Of a stretch of DNA of 64,000 nucleotides, positions 31,099-41,066 are shown piece after piece. The DNA comes from Actinomycetes bacterium (GTDB taxonomy: Bacteria; Actinomycetota; Actinomycetes; Propionibacteriales; Propionibacteriaceae), in contig JAEZVO010000028.1 of assembly GCA_023443125.1 (NCBI GenBank), forward strand, positions 44-64,043, written 5' to 3'. The position numbers were made by a program, and so were the translations under genes. How positions within the stretch are numbered: the stretch's first letter is position 1; the number at the start of each line of letters is the position of its first letter. The notes beneath the pieces are model-generated. The model saw nothing but the letters and a program-made list of their open reading frames with translations. It had not been told where the DNA came from and did no database searches.

Positions 31099-32283
31099 TC
31101 AGTCGATGCGGTGGCCGGGGGCGCCCGCGCCGGTGATCAGCGTCGAGCCTTGGCACACGCCAATTGCGGCGTGGTATCGCTCGAGCCAGTCGTCGGCGAA
31201 CGCCTCGGCGTCGGCGGCGCGCACGAGCGCCCAGACGCTGCCACCAAAGCCCGCACCGAACGACGAGGCCGCCGCAGCCCCACCGCGCAGAGCTGTTTCG
31301 ATGAGCGCCTTCGTCTCCGGCACCTCGTTCTCCAGCCCGCTCACGGCGAGCGCCTGGGATTCGGCGCACAGCGCGCCGAAGGCCTCGACGTCGCATCTCT
31401 CCAATGCGTCGAATGCGTCGGGTACAAACTCCCCCGATTCGCGCACAAACTGCGTGAGCCGACGTCGCTCGTAGCCCACCGCGGTATGGGCGAGGATTTC
31501 GTCGGGGCCCACTTGCTCCAACACCTGCTGAACGCTCGAAGCCTCCGCACCGGTACGCTCATTCCAGTTCGCCAGCCATGAGCGCAGCGTGGCCGGACCG
31601 CGGTTGTACAGCTCTCGCGCCGCACCCGTCTTCTCTGCCAGCACGCCGCTCACGCCGACGACGAATACCCATCCGTCAGGCAGAGACACCTGCCCCAGCT
31701 TCGACGTCGGGTCGAACTGTACGTACGACACCTTCCCGGCAGTGCTCGCCAGCATGCCGGTGTGGTCGAGCGAACCGCCGCTCGTCCCCACGCCCGCCGC
31801 GCCGGCGAGGCTGCCGTAGCGTCCGCCGTTCTCGATGGCAGCCAGGTAGCCTGCGAGCGCCATGCGGTCGTCGCAATGGGTGCGCCACAGTTCGCTCTCG
31901 GTAAATCCAGATATATCGGCGAGGGTGAGCGCCACAGAACTGAGCAGCGCCGAGGAGCTGCTCATGCCTGATGCCGGCGGCAGGTCTGCAGTGATCGTGA
32001 GCGACGCCGGCGCCACAGGCCCGAAGTTCGAGGTCAGCCGGTCAATGACCGTCTGCACATAGTGCCCCCAATGCCCAGGCGGCAAGGCCGGATGCACACC
32101 AGCGTGCAGCTCCACCACGTCGTCAGGGAACACCGACGTGCGGGCACGCACCCCGTCGCCACCAGGCTCCGCTTCGACGGTCACACCGCGCTCCACCGCG
32201 CACACCAACACTCGCCCACCACCGTAATCGGTATGCTTTCCGAGCACCTCGATCCGGCCGGGAACCCACCACCCTGCGCTCAT
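31099..32283 (-). CDS. Galactokinase-like GHMP kinase
   Basis: PGRIEVLGKHTDY, LPPASGMSSSSA, GAGFGG. Confidence 0.85.
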   Translation of the reverse strand: MSAGWWVPGRIEVLGKHTDYGGGRVLVCAVERGVTVEAEPGGDGVRARTSVFPDDVVELHAGVHPALPPGHWGHYVQTVIDRLTSNFGPVAPASLTITADLPPASGMSSSSALLSSVALTLADISGFTESELWRTHCDDRMALAGYLAAIENGGRYGSLAGAAGVGTSGGSLDHTGMLASTAGKVSYVQFDPTSKLGQVSLPDGWVFVVGVSGVLAEKTGAARELYNRGPATLRSWLANWNERTGAEASSVQQVLEQVGPDEILAHTAVGYERRRLTQFVRESGEFVPDAFDALERCDVEAFGALCAESQALAVSGLENEVPETKALIETALRGGAAAASSFGAGFGGSVWALVRAADAEAFADDWLERYHAAIGVCQGSTLITGAGAPGHRID

Positions 32284-33071
32284 AGGCGCACGTGGAATTC
32301 GGCCAGCCGGCGCTCCACCTCAGCGATGTCATCGCGGCGCGACAGATCCAGCACACCGCCCGCGAACGGAACGACGGCCACCTCGTCGAGCAAGGCCACC
32401 GCGTCCACGATCTCGTACTCCCCACGCGCCGACTTCTCAATGCGCCGGCAGGCGTCGAAGATCTCCGGGGTGAACGCGAAACAGTTCATACTCACCAGCC
32501 CGTGCGGCCCCGCAGCTTCCACGACGGCGGCGTCGGGCTTCTCGACGATGGAACGCAGCACGCCCTCCGACTCGTCGATGAGCGCAAACGCGGCAATCCG
32601 CTCCGCCGGGATGTTGCTCTGCTCCACCAGCGCACTGCGGTCGAAACCCAGCAGCGCGTTGCCGCCCCGCTCAGCCAGGGCGCGCAGGCCGTCGGCTGGG
32701 TACAGGTTGTCGCCGTTGACGACAATGCAGCCCTCGCCCGCTACGGCATCCGCAGCTGCGGCGACGGCGTCGGCGGTGCCCAGGGGCTCCTCCTGCACTG
32801 CGAACGCCACGTCGAGGCGCTGTGGCCGCACCTGCTCGATATGCGCGCGGAACTCGTCGTGATCGGGCGCGACGACGAGCACCACGCGGCGAATCCCGGC
32901 GTCGGCCAAGGCGGAGAGTGAGTAGTCGACGAGACGGTGCTCCCCGATCGGCATAAGCGCCTTGTAGCCGGCGGACGCGGCCGCGCGCTGCGCGTCGCTC
33001 AGCTCGCCGCTGCCCTCAGCGCGCATGCGGGTGCCAAGGCCACGGGCCAAAACAACTGCGGTGGTAATCAT
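32280..33071 (-). CDS. Sugar-1-phosphate nucleotidyltransferase
   Basis: VVLARGLGTRMR, KALMPI, QEEPLGTADAV, NGDN, VEKP, SARGEYEI. Confidence 0.88.
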   Translation of the reverse strand: MITTAVVLARGLGTRMRAEGSGELSDAQRAAASAGYKALMPIGEHRLVDYSLSALADAGIRRVVLVVAPDHDEFRAHIEQVRPQRLDVAFAVQEEPLGTADAVAAAADAVAGEGCIVVNGDNLYPADGLRALAERGGNALLGFDRSALVEQSNIPAERIAAFALIDESEGVLRSIVEKPDAAVVEAAGPHGLVSMNCFAFTPEIFDACRRIEKSARGEYEIVDAVALLDEVAVVPFAGGVLDLSRRDDIAEVERRLAEFHVRL

Positions 33072-34489
33072 GCAAGCTCCAAGTGTTGGGCGACGGCGTT
33101 CGCGATGGCGTCTGCTTCGTCGCGGGTTGGCATTTCAGCAAAGACTCGCAGCACGGGTTCGGTGCCGGAGAACCTGATCGTGGTCCAGCCGCCGTTGGTG
33201 AAGTACACCTTGCAGCCGTCCTCCCAGCTGATGTGGTCAACCTCGTGGTCGAACGTGGGGAGGTCGTGGTTGGTGAAGACGCGCTCTTGCAGCGCTTCCT
33301 TCCGGCTCGGGGTGAACCCGTAGGCCGCCTCCACCATGACGAGTTCCCCGTAGCGTTCGACGAAGTCGGCGTACATCTCGGACAGCTTCTTGCCCGACGC
33401 GGCCACCGCTTCGACGAGCAGGCTGCCGGCGTGAATGCCGTCCTTGCCGGGGATGTGCCCACGCACGGTGAGGCCGCCCGACGACTCGCCGCCGATCACC
33501 GCGTCGGTTTCCGCCATCTTCGCGCTGATCCACTTGAATCCGACGGGAACCTCGTAGCACCGCTGTCCGTGGGCCTCGGCGACTCGATCGAGGAGGTGGG
33601 TGGTGGACATGTTGCGCACCGCGGGGCCTTCCCAGCCCTTCTGCGTCACGAGGTACTCGTAGAGCAGCACGAGCACCTGGTTAGGCGTGAGGTAGTTGCC
33701 CTCGTCGTCGATGATGCCGAGGCGGTCGGCGTCACCGTCGGTGGCAATCCCCATGGCCGCGCCAGAATCGACGACGGCGCGCCGCAGCGAATCCAGGCTT
33801 CCGGCAGCTGGCGACGGCATGCGCCCGCCGAACAGCGGGTCGTGGCGATCGTTGATGACGTCCACCTGGCATCGGGCTGTGAGCAGCACCGTCTGCAGCG
33901 CGGTCTGCGCAACGCCGAACATCGGGTCCAGGATGATGTGAAGGTGCGCGTGGCGGATGACGTCGAGGTCGAGGCTGTCCATGATGGCGTCCAGATACCA
34001 GTTGATCGACGTCTGCACCGTCACCAGTTCGGAGGCCTTCGCCTCGTGTGGTTCGACGCTGCGAACGTCGTCTTCGATGAGGGCGTTGCATTCGCTGGCC
34101 AGCTCGTCGGTGATAGCGAGCTCTGCGTCGCGCCCGCCTTCGGTGAACAGCTTGAACCCGTTGTAGAGGGCCGGGTTGTGGGATGCCGTCACAGCCATCC
34201 CGTACGCGCAGCCCTTGTTGCGCACGGTCCACATCCCCATGGGCGTGGGCACGGGGCGCCCGATCACCGTCACCGGAATGTCGTTAGCGACGAGCACCTC
34301 GATGGCCCACCACGCCGCGACGTCGGAGAGGAAGCGACGGTCGTAGCTAATCACGAGCCCTCGGTCTACAACACCTTCGCGGTGCATACGATTGCTGAGC
34401 CCCTGCGCCAGGAGCCGAATATTTGCCCTATTGAATTCATCGCCGATGATGGCCCGCCAGCCACCGGTGCCAAACTTGATCATGCGCAA
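33068..34489 (-). CDS. Phosphoglucomutase/phosphomannomutase family protein
   Basis: FGTGGWR, TASHNP, DGDADR, GGESSGG, RFSGTEP. Confidence 0.93.
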   Translation of the reverse strand: MRMIKFGTGGWRAIIGDEFNRANIRLLAQGLSNRMHREGVVDRGLVISYDRRFLSDVAAWWAIEVLVANDIPVTVIGRPVPTPMGMWTVRNKGCAYGMAVTASHNPALYNGFKLFTEGGRDAELAITDELASECNALIEDDVRSVEPHEAKASELVTVQTSINWYLDAIMDSLDLDVIRHAHLHIILDPMFGVAQTALQTVLLTARCQVDVINDRHDPLFGGRMPSPAAGSLDSLRRAVVDSGAAMGIATDGDADRLGIIDDEGNYLTPNQVLVLLYEYLVTQKGWEGPAVRNMSTTHLLDRVAEAHGQRCYEVPVGFKWISAKMAETDAVIGGESSGGLTVRGHIPGKDGIHAGSLLVEAVAASGKKLSEMYADFVERYGELVMVEAAYGFTPSRKEALQERVFTNHDLPTFDHEVDHISWEDGCKVYFTNGGWTTIRFSGTEPVLRVFAEMPTRDEADAIANAVAQHLELA

Positions 34490-34530
34490 CCAATCCTCCC
34501 GGGCTCAGCTATTGCAGCCTCCACCCGCCA

Positions 34531-34553
34531 TTAGGTTTAGAACTTGAACCAAA
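34531..34553. promoter_or_regulatory. Probable ROK-repressor operator
   Basis: TTAGGTTTAGAACTTGAACCAAA imperfect AT-rich palindrome between the ROK gene and the sugar operon. Confidence 0.6.
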
Positions 34554-34603
34554 TGTAGCGCACGGCGGCACATCATGTCTGCATTCGAGTCGAAATCACG
34601 CAA

Positions 34604-35842
34604 CTACGTTGCGCACACCACCGTCGGGTCCTGGAACACCCGCTCGAGCGCCATCACTGCGCCGCCCCTCGCCGCAGCCTGCAAGCCGTGCCCACACGTC
34701 GTGACGTCGACGTGGGTACCGGGGTCGATGCTGGCCTGATCGAACCGTCGCTGCAACACCGGCACCAGCAGCTCTCCGAAGTAGCCGAAGTAGCCGCCCA
34801 ACACGAGCACCTTCGGGTTGAACAAATCGACGACGCTCTGCAGCCCGCGCGCCAGATCCTCGGCGGTTGCTCCCGCCGCCGACGCGATAGCCTCATCGCC
34901 CACCTGCATCTGCGCCCGTAGCGCTTCGAGCTGTTCCCCAAGCGATCCATCGGGGCTCACGTCGATACCGGCCTGCGCCAACCGACGACAGAACGCCGGC
35001 CAGCCAACGGCAAGCTCCAAACAGCCCCTGCGCCCACACGGGCAACGCGGCCCGTCGGCATCCAGCGTGGTGTGCCCCAGCTCGCCTGAGTACCCAGCAC
35101 CTCCGCGCAGGAGACGCCCGTCGGCGATCACGCCCAGGCCAATACCCGCTCCACCGGTGACGTGCACCAGGTCGCGTACATTCCCGTCACGGTGGTCGAC
35201 GAGGGAACTCAGCGCGGCGAGTTTCGCGTCGTTTTCAATGTAGATAGGCAGCGCCCCATCGAGCTGGGATGCGAACGACGGCGCCACCGGGGCATCGGTC
35301 CACCCCAAGGCGGGCGCCAGTCGCACCGTGCCGCGCTGATAGTCGATGAGCCCGGGAGCGGCCAGCGTGCACGCCGCCACGGGTGCGTCCAGTTCGTCGA
35401 TGACGCGGCGTACCAGCTCGACGGCCTCACGCACGACGCCTTCCGCGTCGCCCGGCTCCGCAGAGAGCGCCACTGTGTGTTCCACCACGGGTTCCCCGAC
35501 GAAGTTCACCACTGAGAGAGCCAGATCGTGCTGCGCCAGTTCGACGCCCAGGCCGCGGGCGCCGTCGGGACGGAGCCGAATCTCGATGCCGGGGCGCCCC
35601 ACGCGTCGGTGATGTTCGACGTCCCCTTCCTCGATGAGGCCCACGCCGGCCAGCCCGGCGATGACGTTCGTGATCGTGGCTTTCGACAGCCCAGTCTCGG
35701 CGGCCAGCTCGGCCCTCGAGCGTCCGCCATGATCGCGGAGATATCTCAGCACCAAACCGAGGTTGGCAGCACGCATCTGCGCGTGCCCCATCGCTCGTTG
35801 ATGGCCCGCCTGCGGAATACCAAAACCGTGATGTTCGTCCAT
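34604..35842 (-). CDS. ROK family transcriptional regulator
   Basis: N-terminal wHTH (SRAELAAETGLSKATIT), ENDAK, GELGH, CPCGRRGCLE. Confidence 0.93.
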   Translation of the reverse strand: MDEHHGFGIPQAGHQRAMGHAQMRAANLGLVLRYLRDHGGRSRAELAAETGLSKATITNVIAGLAGVGLIEEGDVEHHRRVGRPGIEIRLRPDGARGLGVELAQHDLALSVVNFVGEPVVEHTVALSAEPGDAEGVVREAVELVRRVIDELDAPVAACTLAAPGLIDYQRGTVRLAPALGWTDAPVAPSFASQLDGALPIYIENDAKLAALSSLVDHRDGNVRDLVHVTGGAGIGLGVIADGRLLRGGAGYSGELGHTTLDADGPRCPCGRRGCLELAVGWPAFCRRLAQAGIDVSPDGSLGEQLEALRAQMQVGDEAIASAAGATAEDLARGLQSVVDLFNPKVLVLGGYFGYFGELLVPVLQRRFDQASIDPGTHVDVTTCGHGLQAAARGGAVMALERVFQDPTVVCAT

Positions 35843-35935
35843 GATGCGTTACAACGTACGTCGAGCCCACAAAGGCCGTGGGGCCGCACCCCGGAAAGAC
35901 AGGGGTGCAGCCCCACCAGGGCTCTCTTGGGTTTC

Positions 35936-37438
35936 TTACTTCTGCATCGTGTCGGTCTCGAGGAACCGCGTGTGGAAGTCGAAGGCGTGGGCCAGATCAT
36001 GTGGAGTCTGCATGGTGCCGGCCTTCTGGTTCGCCATGTCGACGTACTCCTGCAGGAGCGGACGGTAGTGCGGGTGAGCGATGGAGATCATCTTCTCGAC
36101 GCGCTGCTTGGGCGCGAGGCCGCGCAGGTCGGCGTACCCGTATTCCGTGATGACAACCATCACGTCGTGCTCCGTGTGGTCGATGTGCGACGCGAACGGC
36201 ACGATCGCGGAGATGGCACCGTTCTTGGCCTCCGACGGGGAGATGAACGACGAGATGAAGGCGTTGCGGGTGAAGTCACCCGAGCCGCCGATGCCGTTCA
36301 TCATGCGCGAACCTGTCACGTTGGTGGAGTTCACGTTGCCGTAGATGTCGGCTTCGATGAGTCCGTTCGTGGCGATGAGGCCCAGGCGACGGATCACCTC
36401 GGGGTGGTTCGACACCTGCTGCGGGCGCATAACGATGTGCTCGCGGTAGAACTCGGCGTTCTCGTTCATGCGCTCGGCATATTCGGGCGAGAGCGAGAAC
36501 GACGTCGCGGAGGCCACGGTCATCTTGCCGGAGTCAATCAGGTCGATCATGCCGTCCTGGATGACCTCGGTGTAAGCCTGAACGTTCTCGAACTTCGAGT
36601 CGAGGAGGCCTGCCATCACGGCGTTGGGCACATTGCCCACGCCGGACTGCATGACGTACTGGTCGTACTTGAGGCGCCCCGCGGCGACTTCGCCTTCGAG
36701 GAAGTCGAGGAAGTGGCCCGCGATCTGCTTCGACGTGTCGTCGAGCGGCTTGAACGGAGCGTTGCGGTCGGGAGCGTTGGTTTCGACGACGGCGACCACC
36801 TTCGACGTGTCGATGTCGATGTAGGGGGTGCCGATACGCTGCCCGGCTTCGGTGATCGGGATGGGCTTGCGGCCCGGCGTGTTGCCGATGCGGTAGATAT
36901 CGGCCATGCCCTCGAGGTTTTCAGACTGCCAGGAGTTGACCTCGATGATGATCTTCTCGGCGGAGTCGAGGTACTCGACGTTGTTACCCACACCAGACGA
37001 AGGGATGATGTTGCCGTTCTCGTCGATGCGTGTGGCCTCGACGATGGCGACATTCATCTTCCCGAAGAACCCGTAGCGCACCTGCCAGCCGGCGTGCGAG
37101 AGGTGCACGTCGTCGTAGAGGATCTTTCCGGCGTTGATGCCCCTGCGCATCGCGGGGTCAGACTGGTAGGGAGAGCGGAAGCGCACCGCGTCAGCCTCGG
37201 CGAGCACACCGTCGCAATCAGGTGCGGTGGAAGCGCCGGTAAAGACGTCGATCTGGAATTCGCGTCCTGCCTCGTGCTCAGCCTTGGCACGGTTCGCGAT
37301 GGCGGTGGGCAGGGCCTTGGGGTAGGCGGCGCCGGTGAATCCGGACAGGCCGACGCGATCACCATGGTTGATGAACTGGGCGGCCTCGTCGGCCGACATG
37401 ACCTTGCCGCGCAGGTCGGCGTTGTCGATACGGGACAT
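35936..37438 (-). CDS. Acetyl-CoA hydrolase/transferase family (succinate/propionate CoA-transferase)
   Basis: Start MSRIDN with GGAG RBS; SGFTGAAYPK, QSGVGN, YTEVIQD, GIGGSGDF. Confidence 0.92.
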   Translation of the reverse strand: MSRIDNADLRGKVMSADEAAQFINHGDRVGLSGFTGAAYPKALPTAIANRAKAEHEAGREFQIDVFTGASTAPDCDGVLAEADAVRFRSPYQSDPAMRRGINAGKILYDDVHLSHAGWQVRYGFFGKMNVAIVEATRIDENGNIIPSSGVGNNVEYLDSAEKIIIEVNSWQSENLEGMADIYRIGNTPGRKPIPITEAGQRIGTPYIDIDTSKVVAVVETNAPDRNAPFKPLDDTSKQIAGHFLDFLEGEVAAGRLKYDQYVMQSGVGNVPNAVMAGLLDSKFENVQAYTEVIQDGMIDLIDSGKMTVASATSFSLSPEYAERMNENAEFYREHIVMRPQQVSNHPEVIRRLGLIATNGLIEADIYGNVNSTNVTGSRMMNGIGGSGDFTRNAFISSFISPSEAKNGAISAIVPFASHIDHTEHDVMVVITEYGYADLRGLAPKQRVEKMISIAHPHYRPLLQEYVDMANQKAGTMQTPHDLAHAFDFHTRFLETDTMQK

Positions 37439-37664
37439 GTGCTCAATCTCCTTGTTCTGTCCTATAGAAGAGACTCGCTCCACTGCGAGATCGGACGTTG
37501 GACCGGACAGGTTTCGTCTAGTCTGGCACGAAAACAGGCGCAAGAGAACCGTCGCGGGGCGACGTGTTCCATGCCGGTCACGTTGCTCGAACTCGCAACT
37601 ATGAATATATCGGCTGCGTTTTGGGCGCCGACGCCGGCCCTCCCTCGTCGCGTAGCATGCAGGT

Positions 37665-38636
37665 ATGCGCGCAATCGTCGTTCGTGAAGAGTCCGTATCC
37701 GTCGAAGACCTGGAGGAGGCGTTTCTGCCCGACGCGCCCGTCACCGTCGACGTGCGTTGGTCTGATCTGAACTACAAGGACGCCCTCGCCGTGACTGGCC
37801 GCAAGGGTGTCGTTCGCACCCATCCGCTCATCGCAGGCATCGATCTGGTTGGTGTGGTGCGCACCTCGCGCGACGAGCGCTTCGCACCCGGCGAGTGGCT
37901 CATCCTGAACGGCGCTGGGCTGTCCGAGACGCTGCACGGCGGCTACGCCACCGTAGCCAAGGTCGATCCGACCCTCGCCGTACCGCTACCTGAAGCGTTC
38001 TCCCCCGAACGTGCTGCCGCGCTCGGCACCGCTGGTTTCACCGCCGCACTCAGCGTCCTGCGCCTCGTGATGGAAGGCGTCTCCCCTGAGCAGGGTCCGG
38101 TACTGGTCACTGGGGCGACGGGCGGCGTCGGCTCCATTGCGACGATGCTCCTCGCGGCCGCAGGGTTCGAGGTAGCGGCGGTAACAGGGCGCCCCGACGA
38201 GTTCGGCGACCTGCTCACCCGGCTTGGCGCCGACGAGGTGCTGCACCGCCACGCCTTCTCCGGCCGCGGCAAACCGCTCCAGCGGGCCACCTACGCCGGC
38301 GTGGTCGACTCCGTGGGCGGCGAAGTGCTCGCGAACGCCATCGCGCAAACCGTGCCCGACGGCACCGTCACCGCCTGCGGTAACGCAGCCGGGCACGAGC
38401 TGCCGTCGAGCGTGATGCCGTTCATCTTGCGGGGTGTGACGCTCGCGGGCATCAACTCGGTCACGGCTGATGTCGACGACCGTGCCGACGCGTGGCGCGT
38501 GCTGGCCCAGGGCGTCGATCAAGCGCTGCTCGACGAGATGACCACCTGCATCGGGTTGGATGACACGATCGCCGCCGGCGAGGAGCTGCTCGCGGGCAAG
38601 CGGTATGGGCGCACCCTTATTCGGGTGGGCGACTGA
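37665..38636 (+). CDS. MDR oxidoreductase, YhdH/AcuI (acryloyl-CoA reductase-like)
   Basis: LNYKDALA, GTAGFTAAL, TGATGGVGS, VMPFILRGV. Confidence 0.88.
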   Translation: MRAIVVREESVSVEDLEEAFLPDAPVTVDVRWSDLNYKDALAVTGRKGVVRTHPLIAGIDLVGVVRTSRDERFAPGEWLILNGAGLSETLHGGYATVAKVDPTLAVPLPEAFSPERAAALGTAGFTAALSVLRLVMEGVSPEQGPVLVTGATGGVGSIATMLLAAAGFEVAAVTGRPDEFGDLLTRLGADEVLHRHAFSGRGKPLQRATYAGVVDSVGGEVLANAIAQTVPDGTVTACGNAAGHELPSSVMPFILRGVTLAGINSVTADVDDRADAWRVLAQGVDQALLDEMTTCIGLDDTIAAGEELLAGKRYGRTLIRVGD

Positions 38637-38715
38637 CCGGGCACAGCTCGCCCAAGCTGGCGCGGCGCCCGTCGCGTGCCCCGGCCACCTCGTCGCGATG
38701 CCATAGGATGAACGC

Positions 38716-39117
38716 GTGGCGAAGAACGAAACCTGGCGTGATCCGATAGCCGTCGCCATGTGGATGATGGTGGCCGTCGTGTTGTGGCTTATCATCATGG
38801 CGAGCCCACAGTTGGGCCGACTGGTGTGGGAACAAACGCATGGCGGCGCTTCCACCGTCGCGGATCCACTCGCCGCTCCCCCGTGGATGGGGTACGGGCT
38901 TGTGGCGGCCGGCGCCGCGCTCGTCGCGGTGATCGTGTTGTGCGTATGGCTTCGGCTGGGGCTGTGGTGGCTGCTGCTCACAGTGTTGGTATCGAGCCTC
39001 ACCTATGCGCTGCGCGGAGCACTGCCCGAGCCGCTCGGCACGGTGATGTTCCTCGTCGTGCCGCCTATCGTGGCGGCGCTGGTGTTCAAGCCGAAGTCGT
39101 ACGCGCCCCGCGACTAA
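38716..39117 (+). CDS. Hypothetical membrane protein
   Basis: About four hydrophobic segments. Confidence 0.65.
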   Translation: MAKNETWRDPIAVAMWMMVAVVLWLIIMASPQLGRLVWEQTHGGASTVADPLAAPPWMGYGLVAAGAALVAVIVLCVWLRLGLWWLLLTVLVSSLTYALRGALPEPLGTVMFLVVPPIVAALVFKPKSYAPRD

Positions 39118-39120
39118 GCG

Positions 39121-40032
39121 CTACTTGATGCCTGCCTTCTGCAGGAACTCCTCCATCCGCTGCATGGCAGCCTGGTCGACGTCCACGTGTGGCGCGTCCG
39201 CGTCGCCCTTCCAGAGTTCTGTGGTGGCCGCGAGCACCCGCTCGGCGCTCGCGCGCTGCTCCGCTTCCTGCAGCGCGGGCACCTCCTTCGCCGTGGCGTC
39301 GATCGCGGCCTTGGGATCGTCGACGATGCGCCGCTCGGCCTCGAGCATCCCGTCGACGATGGCCTGCACCCACGGTTCCTTCGCGCGTTCCTTCGTCGTG
39401 ATGAGGCTGGGGCCAACGAGCACGGGTTTGGGCGCGATGGGCAGCGAGGCCACTTCGATCCCCTGCTGCTCGAACTGCACAAGCTCGTTGTTCCTGAACC
39501 CGACGATGGCGTCCACCTTGCCCGTCGAGAGTGCCGCCACCGACGTGAACCCGATTTCCACGAGCTTCACGTCCTGCTCCGTGAGCCCGGCGGTATCCAG
39601 CGCGGCGAGCGCGGCGTAGTAGCTGGAACCGAAGCGTCCGGGAATACCCAGAGACTTCCCGCGTAGGTCCTCCAGCAACGATGCTCCTCCCGCAATCATG
39701 ACCTCGGCCGGGTAGCGCTGGTAGGCGGTGGCGACCACCTCGAGGTCGCCGGCAATGACGGCCTCGTCGGCGGATGCGAACACGATGTCTTCGCGCCCCA
39801 GCTTCAGCGCCTCGAACAGCCCTTCCTGCTCACCGTGGTGGCGCAGCGTCACGTCGACGTTGTCGAACAGGCGCTCCTGCACTCCCAAGTAGAACGGGCA
39901 GAACTGTACGTTCGGAATGAAGGTGAGCCCGACGGTGATCGCCTTCCGCTCGGCTGGCTTGCGCGACGGGCTGCACCCGGCGAGCCCAGCCAGGCTCGTG
40001 CAGGCGATGAAGGTGCGACGGTTGATGGTCAT
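39121..40032 (-). CDS. NMT1/THI5-like ABC substrate-binding lipoprotein (probable riboflavin, RibY-like)
   Basis: Start MTINRRTF...LAG-C; TFIPNVQF, GRFGSSY; downstream of an FMN riboswitch. Confidence 0.82.
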   Translation of the reverse strand: MTINRRTFIACTSLAGLAGCSPSRKPAERKAITVGLTFIPNVQFCPFYLGVQERLFDNVDVTLRHHGEQEGLFEALKLGREDIVFASADEAVIAGDLEVVATAYQRYPAEVMIAGGASLLEDLRGKSLGIPGRFGSSYYAALAALDTAGLTEQDVKLVEIGFTSVAALSTGKVDAIVGFRNNELVQFEQQGIEVASLPIAPKPVLVGPSLITTKERAKEPWVQAIVDGMLEAERRIVDDPKAAIDATAKEVPALQEAEQRASAERVLAATTELWKGDADAPHVDVDQAAMQRMEEFLQKAGIK

Positions 40033-40838
40033 GTGTCCTCTCCTTGGACGCGGTTGGTGGCGGCTCGCTCGCACAGCGCGACGAGCCCGTAGAGCGCCAT
40101 GGCCACCGCTGATATCCACACGATCACGGTGAACACCCCGACGGTGTCGGAGGCCTGCCGAGACAGCGTGAGCAAGGTGCCGAGCCCCGTGCCGCCCATG
40201 ACGAACTCGCCGACGACGGCGCCCGTCATGCCCAGCACAGACCCGGCGCGGATGCCCGCCAACACGGCGGGCGCGGCCATGGGGATCTCGACGACGACGA
40301 GGCGCTGCCAGGGCGAGGCGCCGTCGAGCACGGCCTGCTCGAGGACGCGCATGTCGAGATGTCGGAATCCGACGATGGTGGTGGTCACCATCGGGAAGAA
40401 CGCGACGATCGCGCACAAACACGCGATCGGCACGGTGCCGTATCCGAGCCAGAGGACGAGGAGAGGGGCGATAGCGACGAGCGGCACGGTCTGCGACAGC
40501 GCCACCCACGGCTCAAACACCGACGCCAACCGGCGCGAGTGCGTGACGAGGATGCCGATCGTCACTGACGCGACGACTGCGATCCCAACCCCCAGCAGGG
40601 CCGGACCCACCGTCGGCCACAAATATTGGGAAGCGACGCCGTTCACGGCCTGCTGCCCGACGCGGATGGCCACGTCGACGGGGCTCGGCAGGAGCAGCGT
40701 CGGAACGAAGAGGCTCACTACCCACCAGCAGGCAACCATGACGACGCCTGCGAGCGCCGGCACGACGATCCGCTCGGTACGGGTTCGGGGGCGCGAACGC
40801 GCGGGGAATGCGGTCCAGAACCGCGATCTCGCTGCCAT
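40029..40838 (-). CDS. ABC permease (SsuC/TauC-like; probable RibX)
   Basis: QTVPLVAIAPLL, FFPM, GAVVGEF motifs. Confidence 0.85.
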   Translation of the reverse strand: MAARSRFWTAFPARSRPRTRTERIVVPALAGVVMVACWWVVSLFVPTLLLPSPVDVAIRVGQQAVNGVASQYLWPTVGPALLGVGIAVVASVTIGILVTHSRRLASVFEPWVALSQTVPLVAIAPLLVLWLGYGTVPIACLCAIVAFFPMVTTTIVGFRHLDMRVLEQAVLDGASPWQRLVVVEIPMAAPAVLAGIRAGSVLGMTGAVVGEFVMGGTGLGTLLTLSRQASDTVGVFTVIVWISAVAMALYGLVALCERAATNRVQGEDT

Positions 40839-40902
40839 CCGGCGTCCCTTCTTCCAATACCGGGGCAGCAAGCGGGCACGCGCGATGCAGGCGCGAGCCG
40901 TT

Positions 40903-41034
40903 CGCATTCCTCCCATCCAGACTCTGACTGTCGGCCTCGGAATTTCACCGAGTCAACCTGTTGCCGCCGAAGCAGCGCGAGGGTCGCGGGCTGTCACCGC
41001 CGGTTCGGACTTTCACCGACCCCGGAATACGTGC
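40903..41034 (-). ncRNA. FMN riboswitch (RFN element)
   Basis: Minus strand reads ccggggtcggtgaaagtccgaaccggcggtgacagcccgcga...gactcggtgaaattccgaggccgacagtcagagtctggatgggagga. Confidence 0.95.
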
Positions 41035-41066
41035 CGCTCACTGTACCCCACCGCGAGCAGGCGCCG

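Noticed and set aside
35528..37687. 719-aa plus-strand ORF and other long antisense ORFs (e.g. 2088..3542, 33083..34534, 54877..56079)
   Set aside because: Shadow ORFs opposite well-supported genes, expected in high-GC DNA.
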